From the NCBI GenBank assembly GCA_964573805.1, contig CAZNKP010000016.1, positions 80,406 through 144,405 on the forward strand: 64,000 nt of DNA, written 5' to 3'. This document shows, in pieces, positions 48,024 through 58,048 of this stretch. The DNA is from an uncultured Desulfobacterales bacterium (GTDB lineage Bacteria > Desulfobacterota > Dissulfuribacteria > Dissulfuribacterales > QOAL01). The stretch's first letter is position 1; the number at the start of each line of letters is the position of its first letter. Made by a program: the position numbers and the translations under genes. The notes below the pieces were generated by a model. The model worked only from the letters and a program-made list of their open reading frames with translations, did not search any database and was not told where the DNA came from.

Positions 48024-49172
48024 ATGATAATTATTATGAAACCAGATGTGGACCCAACTGGTCCGGAAGTCCAAAAGTTACTGGATTTTTTGTCACAATT
48101 TAAAGACATCCAAACACGCTCCTCTGGTATTAGAGGTGCCCAACGTGTTGTAAATGAAATATATCTAATTGGACCAACTCACCATATTCCCTCAGAAGTC
48201 ATAGAGAGGATGCCTGGCGTTGAGAAAGTGGTAAGGGTCTCCAGTAAGTACAGACAGATAGGAAGACACGGTGGGCAGGTAGATGACATTGGTTTTGTAT
48301 ACAACGGCATAGAGTTTAGTCAGCAAAACTTTAACTGCTTTATTGGTCCCTGTGCTGTTGATACCCCTGACAACGTAGAAACCATATTTAGGAATATGAA
48401 AAGGACTGGATTGCAGACTGCCAGAATGGGAGTCTATAAACCAAGAACTAGTCCATACGATTTCCAGGGACATGGTAAGGCCTGCCTACCATGGTTATTC
48501 GAACTGGCAGGCAAGTATGATATAAAAGTCATAGCAATGGAGGTTCTGAAGGAGATTCATATTGAAGAGATATTTCAGGCATTAGAAGAGGCTGGCAAAC
48601 CTACAGGCGTAATGCTTCAAATAGGAACGCGAAATGCTCAGAATTTTGAACTATTGAAGGCAGCGGGCTCCCAAACCGAATTTCCTGTCCTTTACAAAAG
48701 AGGGATGGGACTCAGCTTGGAAGACTCCTTAAATGCATGTGAGTATATAGCCAGTGAAGGAAACAGAAATATTGTTTTTTGTCTAAGAGGAGTTCAGTCT
48801 CGTCTTGGAGATCCTCATAGAAACCTTGTCGATTTCGCTCACGTCCCTGTAGTAAAAAGGCTTACTCGCTTGCCAGTGTGTATAGATCCTACCCACTCTG
48901 TAGGCAGTAAGGATAGAGCACCAGACGGTATCTTTGACATCTTCCACGTGACAGCCCAGGGAATAATAGCAGGTGCAAACATGGTGCTCACAGAGTTCCA
49001 TCCCAGGCCAGAAATGGCACTGTGTGACGGACACCAAGCGCTCACCATGCCAGAGCTAGATTATTATCTTGCAGATATAGAGGCAGTTAGGAAGTGCTAT
49101 CAGGAAAGACTTCAGTTGGCTCAACAGGCGATTTTTAAACAATGGCACAGCGGAAAAGGCCAGGAGGGCTAA
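48024..49172 (+). CDS. 3-deoxy-7-phosphoheptulonate synthase, type I-beta, with an N-terminal ferredoxin-like regulatory domain
   Basis: MIIIMKPDV... resembles the Thermotoga-type regulatory domain. The core has GPCAVD, GVYKPRTSPYDFQG, IGTRNAQNFELL and IDPTHS. Confidence 0.85.
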   Translation: MIIIMKPDVDPTGPEVQKLLDFLSQFKDIQTRSSGIRGAQRVVNEIYLIGPTHHIPSEVIERMPGVEKVVRVSSKYRQIGRHGGQVDDIGFVYNGIEFSQQNFNCFIGPCAVDTPDNVETIFRNMKRTGLQTARMGVYKPRTSPYDFQGHGKACLPWLFELAGKYDIKVIAMEVLKEIHIEEIFQALEEAGKPTGVMLQIGTRNAQNFELLKAAGSQTEFPVLYKRGMGLSLEDSLNACEYIASEGNRNIVFCLRGVQSRLGDPHRNLVDFAHVPVVKRLTRLPVCIDPTHSVGSKDRAPDGIFDIFHVTAQGIIAGANMVLTEFHPRPEMALCDGHQALTMPELDYYLADIEAVRKCYQERLQLAQQAIFKQWHSGKGQEG

Positions 49173-49176
49173 AAAA

Positions 49177-49899
49177 ATGAAGATTCATTACCTGTTGCAT
49201 GTGCCTTTTGAGGGCCCCCAGGCAATAAGCACATGGGCCAAGCAAAAAGGACATTCTGAATTCTATTCCAAGCTGTATGAAAACTATTCCTTGCCCTCAA
49301 CAAAGGACTTTGACCTTCTTGTCATCATGGGTGGTCCGATGGGCGTACATGATCAGGACAAACATCCCTGGCTAAAGAAAGAAAAGGCCTTTATTCAAGA
49401 AGCTATAAACGCAGGGAAACCGTGCCTTGGAATCTGTCTTGGGGCCCAGCTTCTGGCCAATGCGCTTGGAGCAAAAGTCCATAAAAATCTCTACAAAGAG
49501 ATCGGCTTCTTTCCTGTATCCCTTACACCACTTGGCTGGAACTCACCAATCTTTGGCAGAATGCCTGCAACTTTTGAGGCACTTCACTGGCATGGCGACA
49601 CCTTTGACATGCCCAAAGGGGCTTTGCACATAGCCAGCTCTTCTGGTTGTGCGAATCAGGCATTTATCTTTGACAACAGGATTGTTGGTTTTCAATTCCA
49701 TATAGAAAGTACTAGACCTGGTCTGGAAAACCTTATCAAAAATTGTGGAGATGAGCTTTTGACTGAGGGAGAATATATACAGCGGCCAGAAGCCTTGTTG
49801 GAAGACAGTCACGACTTTGAGGCCATGAACAAGACACTATTCATATTTCTTGACGATTTTACAGACTATCTCCAAAAGGAAGGAATCATCTCTCCATAA
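49177..49899 (+). CDS. Class I glutamine amidotransferase (GuaA-N-like, stand-alone)
   Basis: LVIMGGPMGV, nucleophile elbow GICLGAQLLA, late FQFHIE. Confidence 0.75.
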   Translation: MKIHYLLHVPFEGPQAISTWAKQKGHSEFYSKLYENYSLPSTKDFDLLVIMGGPMGVHDQDKHPWLKKEKAFIQEAINAGKPCLGICLGAQLLANALGAKVHKNLYKEIGFFPVSLTPLGWNSPIFGRMPATFEALHWHGDTFDMPKGALHIASSSGCANQAFIFDNRIVGFQFHIESTRPGLENLIKNCGDELLTEGEYIQRPEALLEDSHDFEAMNKTLFIFLDDFTDYLQKEGIISP

Positions 49900-49902
49900 A
49901 AA

Positions 49903-50385
49903 ATGGCTGCTTTTCTTGAAGACAAGATAGAAGAACTCCTAGAAAAGGGATATAGCAAGGAAAAGATTAGAGAAATTTTAAAAAAGGATGACAGGGACGG
50001 AGAACTCGACTTTTATCTAAAGAATATAGCCTATCCTTCTGATAGGATCCGATACCAGTTTGTAAATCTATCCCTGTTCTTCATCCTTTTGTTCATTACA
50101 CTCAAAAAACTGTATTTTGCCCTTTCTTTCGGACAACTTAGCATTGTTATGCTGCTTGCCATGGTGGTGCCAACAGTAAACCTTTATATCCTTAGGGAGA
50201 TAATGCGCTACAGGCGCATAGGATATCTTTTTTGCATGGTCCTTTCTGCGCTCTCACTGGTAAATGCAGAAAATAGGGCATTCCCTGAAATCTTTCTTGT
50301 CCCTACCATGGTCTTCCTTTCTGCCTTCTTATATACGAAGCTTTTTTGGCAGTATGAAAAAAAAGGAAAAAAGAAGATTTTTTAA
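49903..50385 (+). CDS. Hypothetical membrane protein
   Basis: 160 aa with a soluble acidic/basic N-terminus and about 4 TM segments. No family recognised. Confidence 0.45.
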   Translation: MAAFLEDKIEELLEKGYSKEKIREILKKDDRDGELDFYLKNIAYPSDRIRYQFVNLSLFFILLFITLKKLYFALSFGQLSIVMLLAMVVPTVNLYILREIMRYRRIGYLFCMVLSALSLVNAENRAFPEIFLVPTMVFLSAFLYTKLFWQYEKKGKKKIF

Positions 50386-50387
50386 TT

Positions 50388-51407
50388 TTAACAGGTCCTT
50401 ATTCCTGTCAATGTCACCTTAAGGGCCTTCCATGGATGTTTCACCGTGTCAACTACTGCAGTGGGTTCATAGCCACAGTGAACCATGCAGTTTTCGCACC
50501 TTTCATCTCTCCCCCTACCATACCGGCTCCAGTCCGTTTTTTCTATAAGCTCCCTATAGGTTGGATAGTATCCATCGTTTAGAAGATAGCACGGCCACTG
50601 CCAGCCAAACATATTTCTCGTAGGATTGCCCCAAGGGGTGCATTGATAGTCCTGGTTGCCTGCCAAAAAATCCAGATAGAGGATACTGTGATTAAACCTC
50701 CACTTTTTTTTCTTTTGCTTTTTAATAGCAAAGATCCCCTTGAACAGATCTATAGTGGTGCGTCTTGTTAAGAAATTTTCCTGATCTTGTGCCTTCTCAT
50801 AACTAAAGCCAGCAGAGATCGTCATGGCCTCCACATTCAGATCTGTTACAAAGTCAAGAAACCGTTCGGCAGACTGGGGGGTTTCTCCATAGAAGAAGGT
50901 AGTGTTTGTAGTTACCCTAAATCCTCTGGAAAGTAACAGCCTTATTGCATCTACTGCAGAATCAAATGTACCCTTTGCACCCACCAGGGCATCATGTTTT
51001 GGTGCTAAGCCATCCAGATGGATATTAAAAGTAAGGTAAGGGGAAGGACGAAACTGATCGATACGTTTTTTTACTAAAAGGGCATTGGTGCAAAGATAAA
51101 TAAATCTTTTCCTTTTTATCAGCTCCTCCACGATGATATGGATATCAGGATGTAAAAGCGGCTCTCCGCCAGGTATTGAGACCACTGGTGCGCCGCATTC
51201 CTCTACGGCCATGATACATTCTTCAACAGACATCCTCTTTTTCAAGATCTCAGGAGGATATGCTGTCTTACCGCAACCCTTGCAGTTTAGGTTGCAGAGG
51301 AACAGGGGTTCCAGCATAAGTACCAATGGGAAACGGTCGTTACCAGTAATCATGTTACGAGTGATGTAGGTGCCTATACGAAATTGCTGAATAAGTGGGA
51401 TTGCCAT
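50388..51407 (-). CDS. hpnH: Adenosyl-hopene transferase HpnH (radical SAM)
   Basis: MAIPLIQQFRIGTYI...LEPLFLCNLNCKGCGK...IPGGEPLL. AGGTGA lies 7 nt upstream of the ATG at 51407. Confidence 0.75.
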   Translation of the reverse strand: MAIPLIQQFRIGTYITRNMITGNDRFPLVLMLEPLFLCNLNCKGCGKTAYPPEILKKRMSVEECIMAVEECGAPVVSIPGGEPLLHPDIHIIVEELIKRKRFIYLCTNALLVKKRIDQFRPSPYLTFNIHLDGLAPKHDALVGAKGTFDSAVDAIRLLLSRGFRVTTNTTFFYGETPQSAERFLDFVTDLNVEAMTISAGFSYEKAQDQENFLTRRTTIDLFKGIFAIKKQKKKKWRFNHSILYLDFLAGNQDYQCTPWGNPTRNMFGWQWPCYLLNDGYYPTYRELIEKTDWSRYGRGRDERCENCMVHCGYEPTAVVDTVKHPWKALKVTLTGIRTC

Positions 51408-51424
51408 TTTTTTCACCTATTTTT

Positions 51425-52270
51425 TTATTCTACAGGAGGAACAGATATGGGGCTTGTATCTGCATTTTCAGGATAGTAATCAGAATCAAGAAAACGCCTT
51501 ATGGCTGCCTCTAGATGATCCAAAGGCACAAGGGTATCTAGACATGGACCATGAGGCCTAAGATTTAGTATCCCAAAAACAGGAAGAGGGTAGGTATCCT
51601 GGATCCCGCTTGCAAGATCTCTTTGGCACGCCACGGCAAGAATTAGCTTGGGCCTCCTTTCCACTACGATTCTTCTGGCTATTGTTCCTCCAGTTGCCAC
51701 TGCAAGGTGGATGCGATATTTGTCGCTGAGTTCCAGAAGGCCGGCAATGGAACACTTTCCGCAACGTTTACAGTTTCTTACATTATAGGTAAGCCTGATC
51801 TTACATCTACTATTTTGAAGGCAGTGAGGCATTAACATGAGCATCTGTTCCGGCTTATAAGTCTTTGCCTCAGACAGTACAAGTTCGTTGTTGACCCTTA
51901 TGAAAGACGAGCGAATCTTGTTTTTAGATATACCAAAAAGTCTGCCTATAAGCGTCATGACAGGCAAAAACAACTTTACACTTACACCTCGTAATTTTTT
52001 AAAGAAAGGCAGATATTTGCCAGTAGTAGCATTCAATAAAAGCCCTATACTTGCCCATAATACCAGGGTTAGAGCAGAACCTATAATAAAACCAGCAATC
52101 CACTTGGCCCATGGATGAATTGCATCAAATCCATAATATGGGACCACCCAAAGGGATATGAGAAACAGACAGATAAAAAGACAAGTTACTGCAACAAGCC
52201 CAAGGAAAAGCCCTTTGGAACTAGTCTCTTCTGTGGAGATATAATTTTCTGATGTCTTTTCAGATACCAT
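51425..52270 (-). CDS. DUF116 domain-containing membrane protein
   Basis: N-terminal TM segments, then MLMPHCLQNSRC...NCKRCGKCSIAG...ATGGTIARRIV...LAVACQRDL, typical of DUF116. Confidence 0.65.
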   Translation of the reverse strand: MVSEKTSENYISTEETSSKGLFLGLVAVTCLFICLFLISLWVVPYYGFDAIHPWAKWIAGFIIGSALTLVLWASIGLLLNATTGKYLPFFKKLRGVSVKLFLPVMTLIGRLFGISKNKIRSSFIRVNNELVLSEAKTYKPEQMLMLMPHCLQNSRCKIRLTYNVRNCKRCGKCSIAGLLELSDKYRIHLAVATGGTIARRIVVERRPKLILAVACQRDLASGIQDTYPLPVFGILNLRPHGPCLDTLVPLDHLEAAIRRFLDSDYYPENADTSPISVPPVE

Positions 52271-52290
52271 CGAATATAGGGTTTTGATTG

Positions 52291-53232
52291 TTAAGCGAAA
52301 TCTGGAAATTTTGGGAGCTTAAACTGCATGGTTTCATGCTTGCCGTTTTGTGGTTTCACGTCCAGGTCAAAATGCCTTTCAAGCATTTTGATGATATCCT
52401 GGACAAGCACTTCAGGAGCAGAGGCGCCTGCAGTTATCCCTACAGTTGACTTGCCTTCAAACCATTTAAGATCCACATGATTGGCATTGTCAACCAGATA
52501 TGCAGGTAAACCCCTAGCGGTCCCTGTTTCTCTGAGCCGATTGGAGTTGGAACTGTTTTGCGACCCTACAACAAGAAGCATATCAACCTCTTCAGCCAGT
52601 TTTCTTACAGCGTCCTGCCTGCTCTGTGTTGCATAACAAATATCTCTAAGATTTGGCCCTTTTATATCAGGAAATCTCTTTTTCAGCTCTTTTATAAGCT
52701 CCCTAGTATCATCGGTGCTTAGGGTTGTTTGTGTCACATAGGCCACCTTTTCTGGGTCAGTGACCTTGAGCCTTTTCACATCCTCAATAGTCGATACCAC
52801 GGTTACCTTTCCCTTAACGCGTCCAAGGGTCCCTTCAACTTCAGGATGTCCATGATGCCCTATAATAACAATGTCATGACCAGTCTTATTATATCTTTGG
52901 GCCTGATAATGAACCTTTTTTACCAGCGGACAGGTTGCATCTATAACCTTTAAGCCCTTTTGAGCGGCCTTTTTTTCTATGGCAGTAGCTACACCGTGGG
53001 CACTAAAGATGGTGATGGATTTATGAGGAATTTCATCTATATCTTCAACAAAAATTGCCCCTGCCTCTGACAAGTTTTTTATAACATGGGTGTTATGTAC
53101 GATCTCGTGTAAGACCCAGACAGGCCTTCCGTAACGTTCTATTGCTGTTTCAACAATACTGATAGCCCTTTTTACTCCTGCACAAAAACCTCGTGGCTGG
53201 GCAAGAATGATCTCGAGTCTCTTTTTTGGCAT
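52291..53232 (-). CDS. ispH: 4-hydroxy-3-methylbut-2-enyl diphosphate reductase IspH
   Basis: ILAQPRGFCAGVKRAI...VWVLHEIVHN...ATCPLVKKVH...IIGHHGHPEVEGT...ICYATQSRQ...VVGSQNSSNS. The internal ATG at 53232 is preferred. Confidence 0.9.
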   Translation of the reverse strand: MPKKRLEIILAQPRGFCAGVKRAISIVETAIERYGRPVWVLHEIVHNTHVIKNLSEAGAIFVEDIDEIPHKSITIFSAHGVATAIEKKAAQKGLKVIDATCPLVKKVHYQAQRYNKTGHDIVIIGHHGHPEVEGTLGRVKGKVTVVSTIEDVKRLKVTDPEKVAYVTQTTLSTDDTRELIKELKKRFPDIKGPNLRDICYATQSRQDAVRKLAEEVDMLLVVGSQNSSNSNRLRETGTARGLPAYLVDNANHVDLKWFEGKSTVGITAGASAPEVLVQDIIKMLERHFDLDVKPQNGKHETMQFKLPKFPDFA

Positions 53233-53248
53233 TTTAGTCTTTTCTTCT

Positions 53249-54358
53249 CTATTTATACTTCCTTCCCTTCCAAGCAGTTCCATCGAGCAGATGGTAGCGT
53301 AATGCTGATGACCAAGTCATTGCAAGGTACAAGCTTGCCACCAAGGGGAGGGTAAGACCTATTAAAGGATGCAGGTCATAATACCGCAAAATAGGCAAAT
53401 AAGAAATAAACATAATAAAAAGTGTTGTCAAAGACATGACTAAAGTCAAAGGACCACCATAAAAAAGTCCAATTACCGGAACTGCAAAGCATGTTAATAG
53501 CAAAAATGTCGCCAGTAACAGCCACAAAAGGCTATACTCAAGCTGGGTATACGCTGTCCTTTCTACCATTTTCCATACAGTACCTAGATCTTTGTAGTGT
53601 CTGATACTTTTAATACATTTTGTAATCCCTATAAATGTTGCATAACCTTTATTTTTTACTTTTTTGGCAAGGGTGCAGTCGTCAATGATGGAACCTTTAA
53701 TTGAGGAAAAGGCCCCAATCTCTTTTAGGATTTTTGTCTTTGTAAGAATAAAACCCCCGGCTGCTGCAGCAACAAAAGATTTCTGCTTGTTTGCCAGTTT
53801 AAAGGGATACAATAGCTTAAAAAAATAGATAAAGGCGGGCATAAAGAGCCTTTCAGCCAGATATTCCATGCGTAGCCAAGCCATTAAAGAAAAGAAATCT
53901 ATATGCTTTTCTTGCATAAATGAGAGGACAGAAGACAGAAGGCCTTTTTCTAGAACAATGTCAGCGTCCATTAACAATAGATAATCGGTTTTGACATGTC
54001 TAAGACCCTGTTCAAGGGCCCACAGTTTTCCAATCCAGTCTTTTGGGAGAGGTTTCCCTCTTATAACATGACCCTGTCCATTTAATATTTTGGCAGCGAC
54101 TTCAGCCGTTTTGTCATCTGAACAATCATCTACTACCAAAACAGAGAGTCCATTGCCCTGACAGAGAACACTTGGCAGGGACATCTTAAGTGATTGTGCC
54201 TCATTTCTGGCAGGGATCAGAATCGTCAAGTTATTCAATAAAGAAAATGAATCGTCTATGTGGCAATGTTCAAAACGTTCTTCTGTGCCCCAAGGCTTCC
54301 ATGGCAGCAGCAGTATTATAAGCCATAACAGTAACGATATAGTAAGTAATGTTAGCAC
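53249..54358 (-). CDS. Family-2 glycosyltransferase, HpnB-like (hopene-associated)
   Basis: ILIPARNEAQ...VLVVDDCSDDKT...GKLWALEQG...LLLMDADIVL, followed by C-terminal TM segments. The HpnB label rests on context and remembered family pattern. Confidence 0.6.
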   Translation of the reverse strand: MLTLLTISLLLWLIILLLPWKPWGTEERFEHCHIDDSFSLLNNLTILIPARNEAQSLKMSLPSVLCQGNGLSVLVVDDCSDDKTAEVAAKILNGQGHVIRGKPLPKDWIGKLWALEQGLRHVKTDYLLLMDADIVLEKGLLSSVLSFMQEKHIDFFSLMAWLRMEYLAERLFMPAFIYFFKLLYPFKLANKQKSFVAAAAGGFILTKTKILKEIGAFSSIKGSIIDDCTLAKKVKNKGYATFIGITKCIKSIRHYKDLGTVWKMVERTAYTQLEYSLLWLLLATFLLLTCFAVPVIGLFYGGPLTLVMSLTTLFIMFISYLPILRYYDLHPLIGLTLPLVASLYLAMTWSSALRYHLLDGTAWKGRKYK

Positions 54359-54440
54359 CTAAGACCGTTTTTGTTTTTGAATCTTTTAGAAGCGCAGCCT
54401 TGTTTAAAAATAAAATTGTTTTTTCCCAGTTACTTTACAA

Positions 54441-55235
54441 TTAAAATGGCCATAGTTTTTTCCACCACGGTATGGCATGAAGTCTTTCTTCCTCCTCCTT
54501 TTTTTCCTGGGCCTTGACGTATTCATCAAGATGTTCTGCAATGTCCTTGTATTCAGCTATTTTCATCACAGCCTTGTAATAAACAGGAGTATCTGGATAG
54601 AGGGTTATTATATTTTCCAGTCGTTTTATGGCCTGGGGAATGTGATCGGTCCTAAAATACCAATGTGCAACCACATACTCGTGCTCGGCAAGAAGCGCCC
54701 TCCCTTTCATTATCCGTTTTTGGGCCTCTACGGTAAATGGACTGTCAGGATAGCGCCTGATAAGGCGTGTATATGTTTCGATCATCTTATGGGTGCTGGT
54801 CTGGTCCCGGTCTGGAGTGTCCATAAGATGATAGTAACAGCTTCCTATCTGAAAGATCACGTAAGGCACGGCCTCATTTGTAGGATGCAAATTTTCAAAT
54901 TCTTGGTATAGAGGGATGGCCTCTTCATATAGGCCTTGATAGTATTTGCAATCTGCAAGACGGAGTTCGGCAACAGTTGCATAGGGGCTGAAGGGGTATC
55001 TATCCCTAATGCGTTTAAATTCTTCCTCTGCCAACAGATACCGTCCTATTTCAAAGTAATGCATTGCCTTAGCGGTGAGTTGTGCTTCTGGAGGGATAGG
55101 TCCCTCTTCCTCTTCCTGGGGGGAAAAGATCCTTTTAAGCCAAGAATCTCCAGACTTTCCAGAACATCCTAGCAAACCTGTTGACGAAATAGCAAAAAGA
55201 ATGGTCAGTATGAGCGGAATTATTCTCTTGTTCAT
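54441..55235 (-). CDS. bamD: Outer membrane protein assembly factor BamD (TPR lipoprotein)
   Basis: Lipobox LLGCSG, TPR-like repeats, and YVVAHWYFRTDHIPQA. ATGA overlap with trxB. Confidence 0.75.
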   Translation of the reverse strand: MNKRIIPLILTILFAISSTGLLGCSGKSGDSWLKRIFSPQEEEEGPIPPEAQLTAKAMHYFEIGRYLLAEEEFKRIRDRYPFSPYATVAELRLADCKYYQGLYEEAIPLYQEFENLHPTNEAVPYVIFQIGSCYYHLMDTPDRDQTSTHKMIETYTRLIRRYPDSPFTVEAQKRIMKGRALLAEHEYVVAHWYFRTDHIPQAIKRLENIITLYPDTPVYYKAVMKIAEYKDIAEHLDEYVKAQEKKEEEERLHAIPWWKKLWPF

Positions 55236-56143
55236 GCCAGATCATGCTCCACGGCAAAGGCTGCAGTAGCCCCTTCTGCAACTGCTGTGACTATCTGGAG
55301 CAACGGCTTCTTTCTGCAATCGCCCGCCGCATAAATACCTTTTACAGAACTTCTCATCCATTCGTCTGTTTTTATGAAGCCGCGTTCGTCAGTATCAACT
55401 AATCCCTTTACAAATTGGGTAATTGGACTAATTCCAATAAAGATAAACACTCCATCGACTTTGATGGTAGAGATTTCCCCGCTTATTTTGTTTAAAATCC
55501 TAATGCCTTCCACCTGCTCTTTTCCAATAATTTCTTCAACAATGCTATTCCAGACAAATTCGATCTTATCATTGGAAAAGGCCCTTTCTTGCAGGATTTT
55601 AACGGCCCTTAATTCATCTCTTCTGTGGACCAGATAAACCTTCTTGACAAATTTTGTTAAAAAGATAGCCTCTTGAACTGCGCTATCGCCACCACCTACC
55701 ACAGCAACAGTCTGATTTCTAAAAAAAGGACCGTCGCAGGTGGCACAGTAGGAAACTCCTCGCCCTATAAGTTCCTGCTCACCTTTAACTCCAAGCTTTC
55801 TATGACTGGCCCCTGTTGCTATGATAACAGCCCTAGTGGTTATTGTTACTCCATCTGTGAGGTTTACATTAAAGTATTCTCCTTCAGGCCTTACAGAATC
55901 AACTTCACCATTTTTTATGTCCATTCCAAAGCGTTTGGCATGTTCTGTAAATTTCTCAACAAGCTCAAAGCCGCTTATTCCTTCAAAAAAACCAGGATAG
56001 TTTTCGACAAAATCTGTTATAAGTACCTGTCCTCCAGGACTCATTTTTTCAACAACAAAGCCATCAAGCTTGGCCCTGCCTGCATAAATGGCGGCAGCCA
56101 GGCCAGCTGGTCCACCGCCTATGATAATCACATCGTGGATCAC
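55232..56143 (-). CDS. trxB: Thioredoxin-disulfide reductase
   Basis: IIIGGGPAGLAAAIYA, redox-active CATCDG, and VVGGGDSAVQEA. Confidence 0.95.
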   Translation of the reverse strand: MIHDVIIIGGGPAGLAAAIYAGRAKLDGFVVEKMSPGGQVLITDFVENYPGFFEGISGFELVEKFTEHAKRFGMDIKNGEVDSVRPEGEYFNVNLTDGVTITTRAVIIATGASHRKLGVKGEQELIGRGVSYCATCDGPFFRNQTVAVVGGGDSAVQEAIFLTKFVKKVYLVHRRDELRAVKILQERAFSNDKIEFVWNSIVEEIIGKEQVEGIRILNKISGEISTIKVDGVFIFIGISPITQFVKGLVDTDERGFIKTDEWMRSSVKGIYAAGDCRKKPLLQIVTAVAEGATAAFAVEHDLA

Positions 56144-56473
56144 TTACGAAACCTTACCAAGAGCATTCTCTATGACTGTTTTCCCTACAGCCCCTGTTAT
56201 CTGTTCTACCACACTGCCATCCTTAAACAGGATAAGGGTGGGAATGGCCCTTATACCAAACCTACCTGGGGTTGCAGGATTTTCATCAACATTCATCTTT
56301 GCGATTAATACCTTGCCCTCGTATTCCTGGGCAAGTTGATCAATAACAGGTGCAATAGCTCTGCATGGTCCACACCACGCAGCCCAGAAATCCACTAACA
56401 CAGGAAGATCACTCTTCAATACCTTCTCATCAAAGTCAGCATCGGTAACCTGAACGATCTTGTCACTTGACAT
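56144..56473 (-). CDS. trxA: Thioredoxin
   Basis: VLVDFWAAWCGPCR active site, 109 aa. Confidence 0.95.
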   Translation of the reverse strand: MSSDKIVQVTDADFDEKVLKSDLPVLVDFWAAWCGPCRAIAPVIDQLAQEYEGKVLIAKMNVDENPATPGRFGIRAIPTLILFKDGSVVEQITGAVGKTVIENALGKVS

Positions 56474-56565
56474 ATTAGTTGTTCTCCTTTTTGAAAATAT
56501 TTAAAAAATAAATTATTAAAATTTATTGTCTTATTCATCTTGCTTAGTCCCTTTTGAAAAAGAAA

Positions 56566-56594
56566 AGTTTAGGATAGCTTTATTTAGGTGTCAA
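56566..56594 (-). promoter_or_regulatory. Sigma70-like promoter for trxA-trxB-bamD
   Basis: The minus strand reads TTGACA, 17 nt, TAAACT. Confidence 0.4.
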
Positions 56595-56647
56595 GGAATT
56601 AAACCTTTTTACAATCTTAGTTTCACAACTGCTGCAAAAGAAGCCAT

Positions 56648-58048
56648 TTAGATAAAGATAAGGTCTGGCAACTGGCCTATATGATCCACCTCTTTGACCA
56701 TCATCTTTTTTTGTTTAATAGCCTTAGCATGGGCCGGCATGATACATCTTTTTATTCCAAGTCTTTTTGCCTCGTTAATCCGCAGATCTGTATAAGAAAC
56801 GGGCCTTATTTCTCCAGTCAGCCCAACCTCTCCAAAAATAACACTAGAGTGGCCTACAGGTTTATTCAGGAAACTTGATAAGATAGCACATAACAGTGGA
56901 AGATCAGCTGCAGGTTCTGAAATTTTTAAACCACCAGCTATGTTAACAAAGATATCCTTGTCAAACAAACTAATGCCAAGGTGTTTTTCCATGACCGCAG
57001 TCAAAAGGGCAAGCCTATTAGAATCAAAACCTGCAGTAGTACGCCTTGGCAGGGCCAGATAAGACTGGTTTACAAGGGCTTGAATCTCTACCAAAAGCGG
57101 CCTGGTTCCTTCAATACATGGGAAAAGCGTTGATCCTGCCACATTGTTGCTTCTATGTTCCAAAAAGAGGTTGGAAGGATTTTTGACCTCTTCAAGGCCG
57201 CTGTCCTTCATCTCGAATATGCCAATTTCATGGGTTGGACCAAACCGGTTTTTGACAGTACGAAGTATCCTAAAGGCCTGTGTCCTGTCTCCCTCAAAAT
57301 AGAGGACAGTATCAACCAGATGTTCTAAGGCCTTAGGGCCAGCTATAGCCCCTTCTTTAGTCACGTGACCAACAATAAATATGGGGATCATAAAACCTTT
57401 GGCCAAGCCCATGAGAGAAGAGGAGGCGGCCTTGATTTGTCCAAGGCTGCCAGGAAGTGAGCTTACATCCTGGCTATAAACTGTCTGGATGGAATCAACT
57501 GCTAGTATGTCTGGCTGATTGTCAAAGACTGCCTGAGATATGGCCTCCATCTTAGACAGACATGCCAAAAGGATCTTGCCTTCGATTCCGAGTCTGTTGG
57601 CCCGAATCTTTATTTGACCAGGAGACTCTTCTCCAGACGTATAAAGCACCTTTAGCCCCTTGCCCGAAAGTTTTGAAAGCACCTGTAGCAAAAGTGTTGA
57701 CTTTCCTATACCCGGCTCTCCACCTAAAAGAATAAGGGAGCCTGGAACTATCCCTCCTCCAAGCACCCTGTCAAATTCACCAATATCAGTCCTAAACCTG
57801 GTCTGTTCTGTCTGGGCATCGAGATTATCTAGACAGTAAATATGTTTGGCAGGATCGTCTTTCTTTTTATCTAGCGAATAGCTGCCTTCTTCAAGACTGT
57901 CCCAAGAGTTGCACTGGGGGCATCGGCCAAGCCATTTTACAGAGCTAAAACCACAATTTTTACAAATAAATAAAGTCTTTTCTTTTGGCACGATTATCTT
58001 AGCCTTCCTCAGGACATGGTATAAAGACCTCCACCATTGCCCCTCCAA
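56648..58048 (-). CDS. radA: DNA repair protein RadA
   Basis: Zinc ribbon CKNCGFSS...CPQCNSW, Walker A GGEPGIGKSTL, KNRFG, and a Lon-like C-terminal domain. The start is uncertain. ATG at 58048 overlaps the upstream kinase gene by 50 nt. GTG at 57991 would give MPKEKTLFICKNCG, 7 nt after the kinase stop. Confidence 0.85.
   Translation of the reverse strand: MEGQWWRSLYHVLRKAKIIVPKEKTLFICKNCGFSSVKWLGRCPQCNSWDSLEEGSYSLDKKKDDPAKHIYCLDNLDAQTEQTRFRTDIGEFDRVLGGGIVPGSLILLGGEPGIGKSTLLLQVLSKLSGKGLKVLYTSGEESPGQIKIRANRLGIEGKILLACLSKMEAISQAVFDNQPDILAVDSIQTVYSQDVSSLPGSLGQIKAASSSLMGLAKGFMIPIFIVGHVTKEGAIAGPKALEHLVDTVLYFEGDRTQAFRILRTVKNRFGPTHEIGIFEMKDSGLEEVKNPSNLFLEHRSNNVAGSTLFPCIEGTRPLLVEIQALVNQSYLALPRRTTAGFDSNRLALLTAVMEKHLGISLFDKDIFVNIAGGLKISEPAADLPLLCAILSSFLNKPVGHSSVIFGEVGLTGEIRPVSYTDLRINEAKRLGIKRCIMPAHAKAIKQKKMMVKEVDHIGQLPDLIFI

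Noticed and set aside
49177-50385. The GATase gene and the following membrane-protein gene are in the same frame, separated by one stop plus one codon. I considered read-through or selenocysteine recoding.
   Set aside because: The stop is TAA, not TGA, and the downstream ORF has its own ATG. No SECIS-like hairpin was seen.
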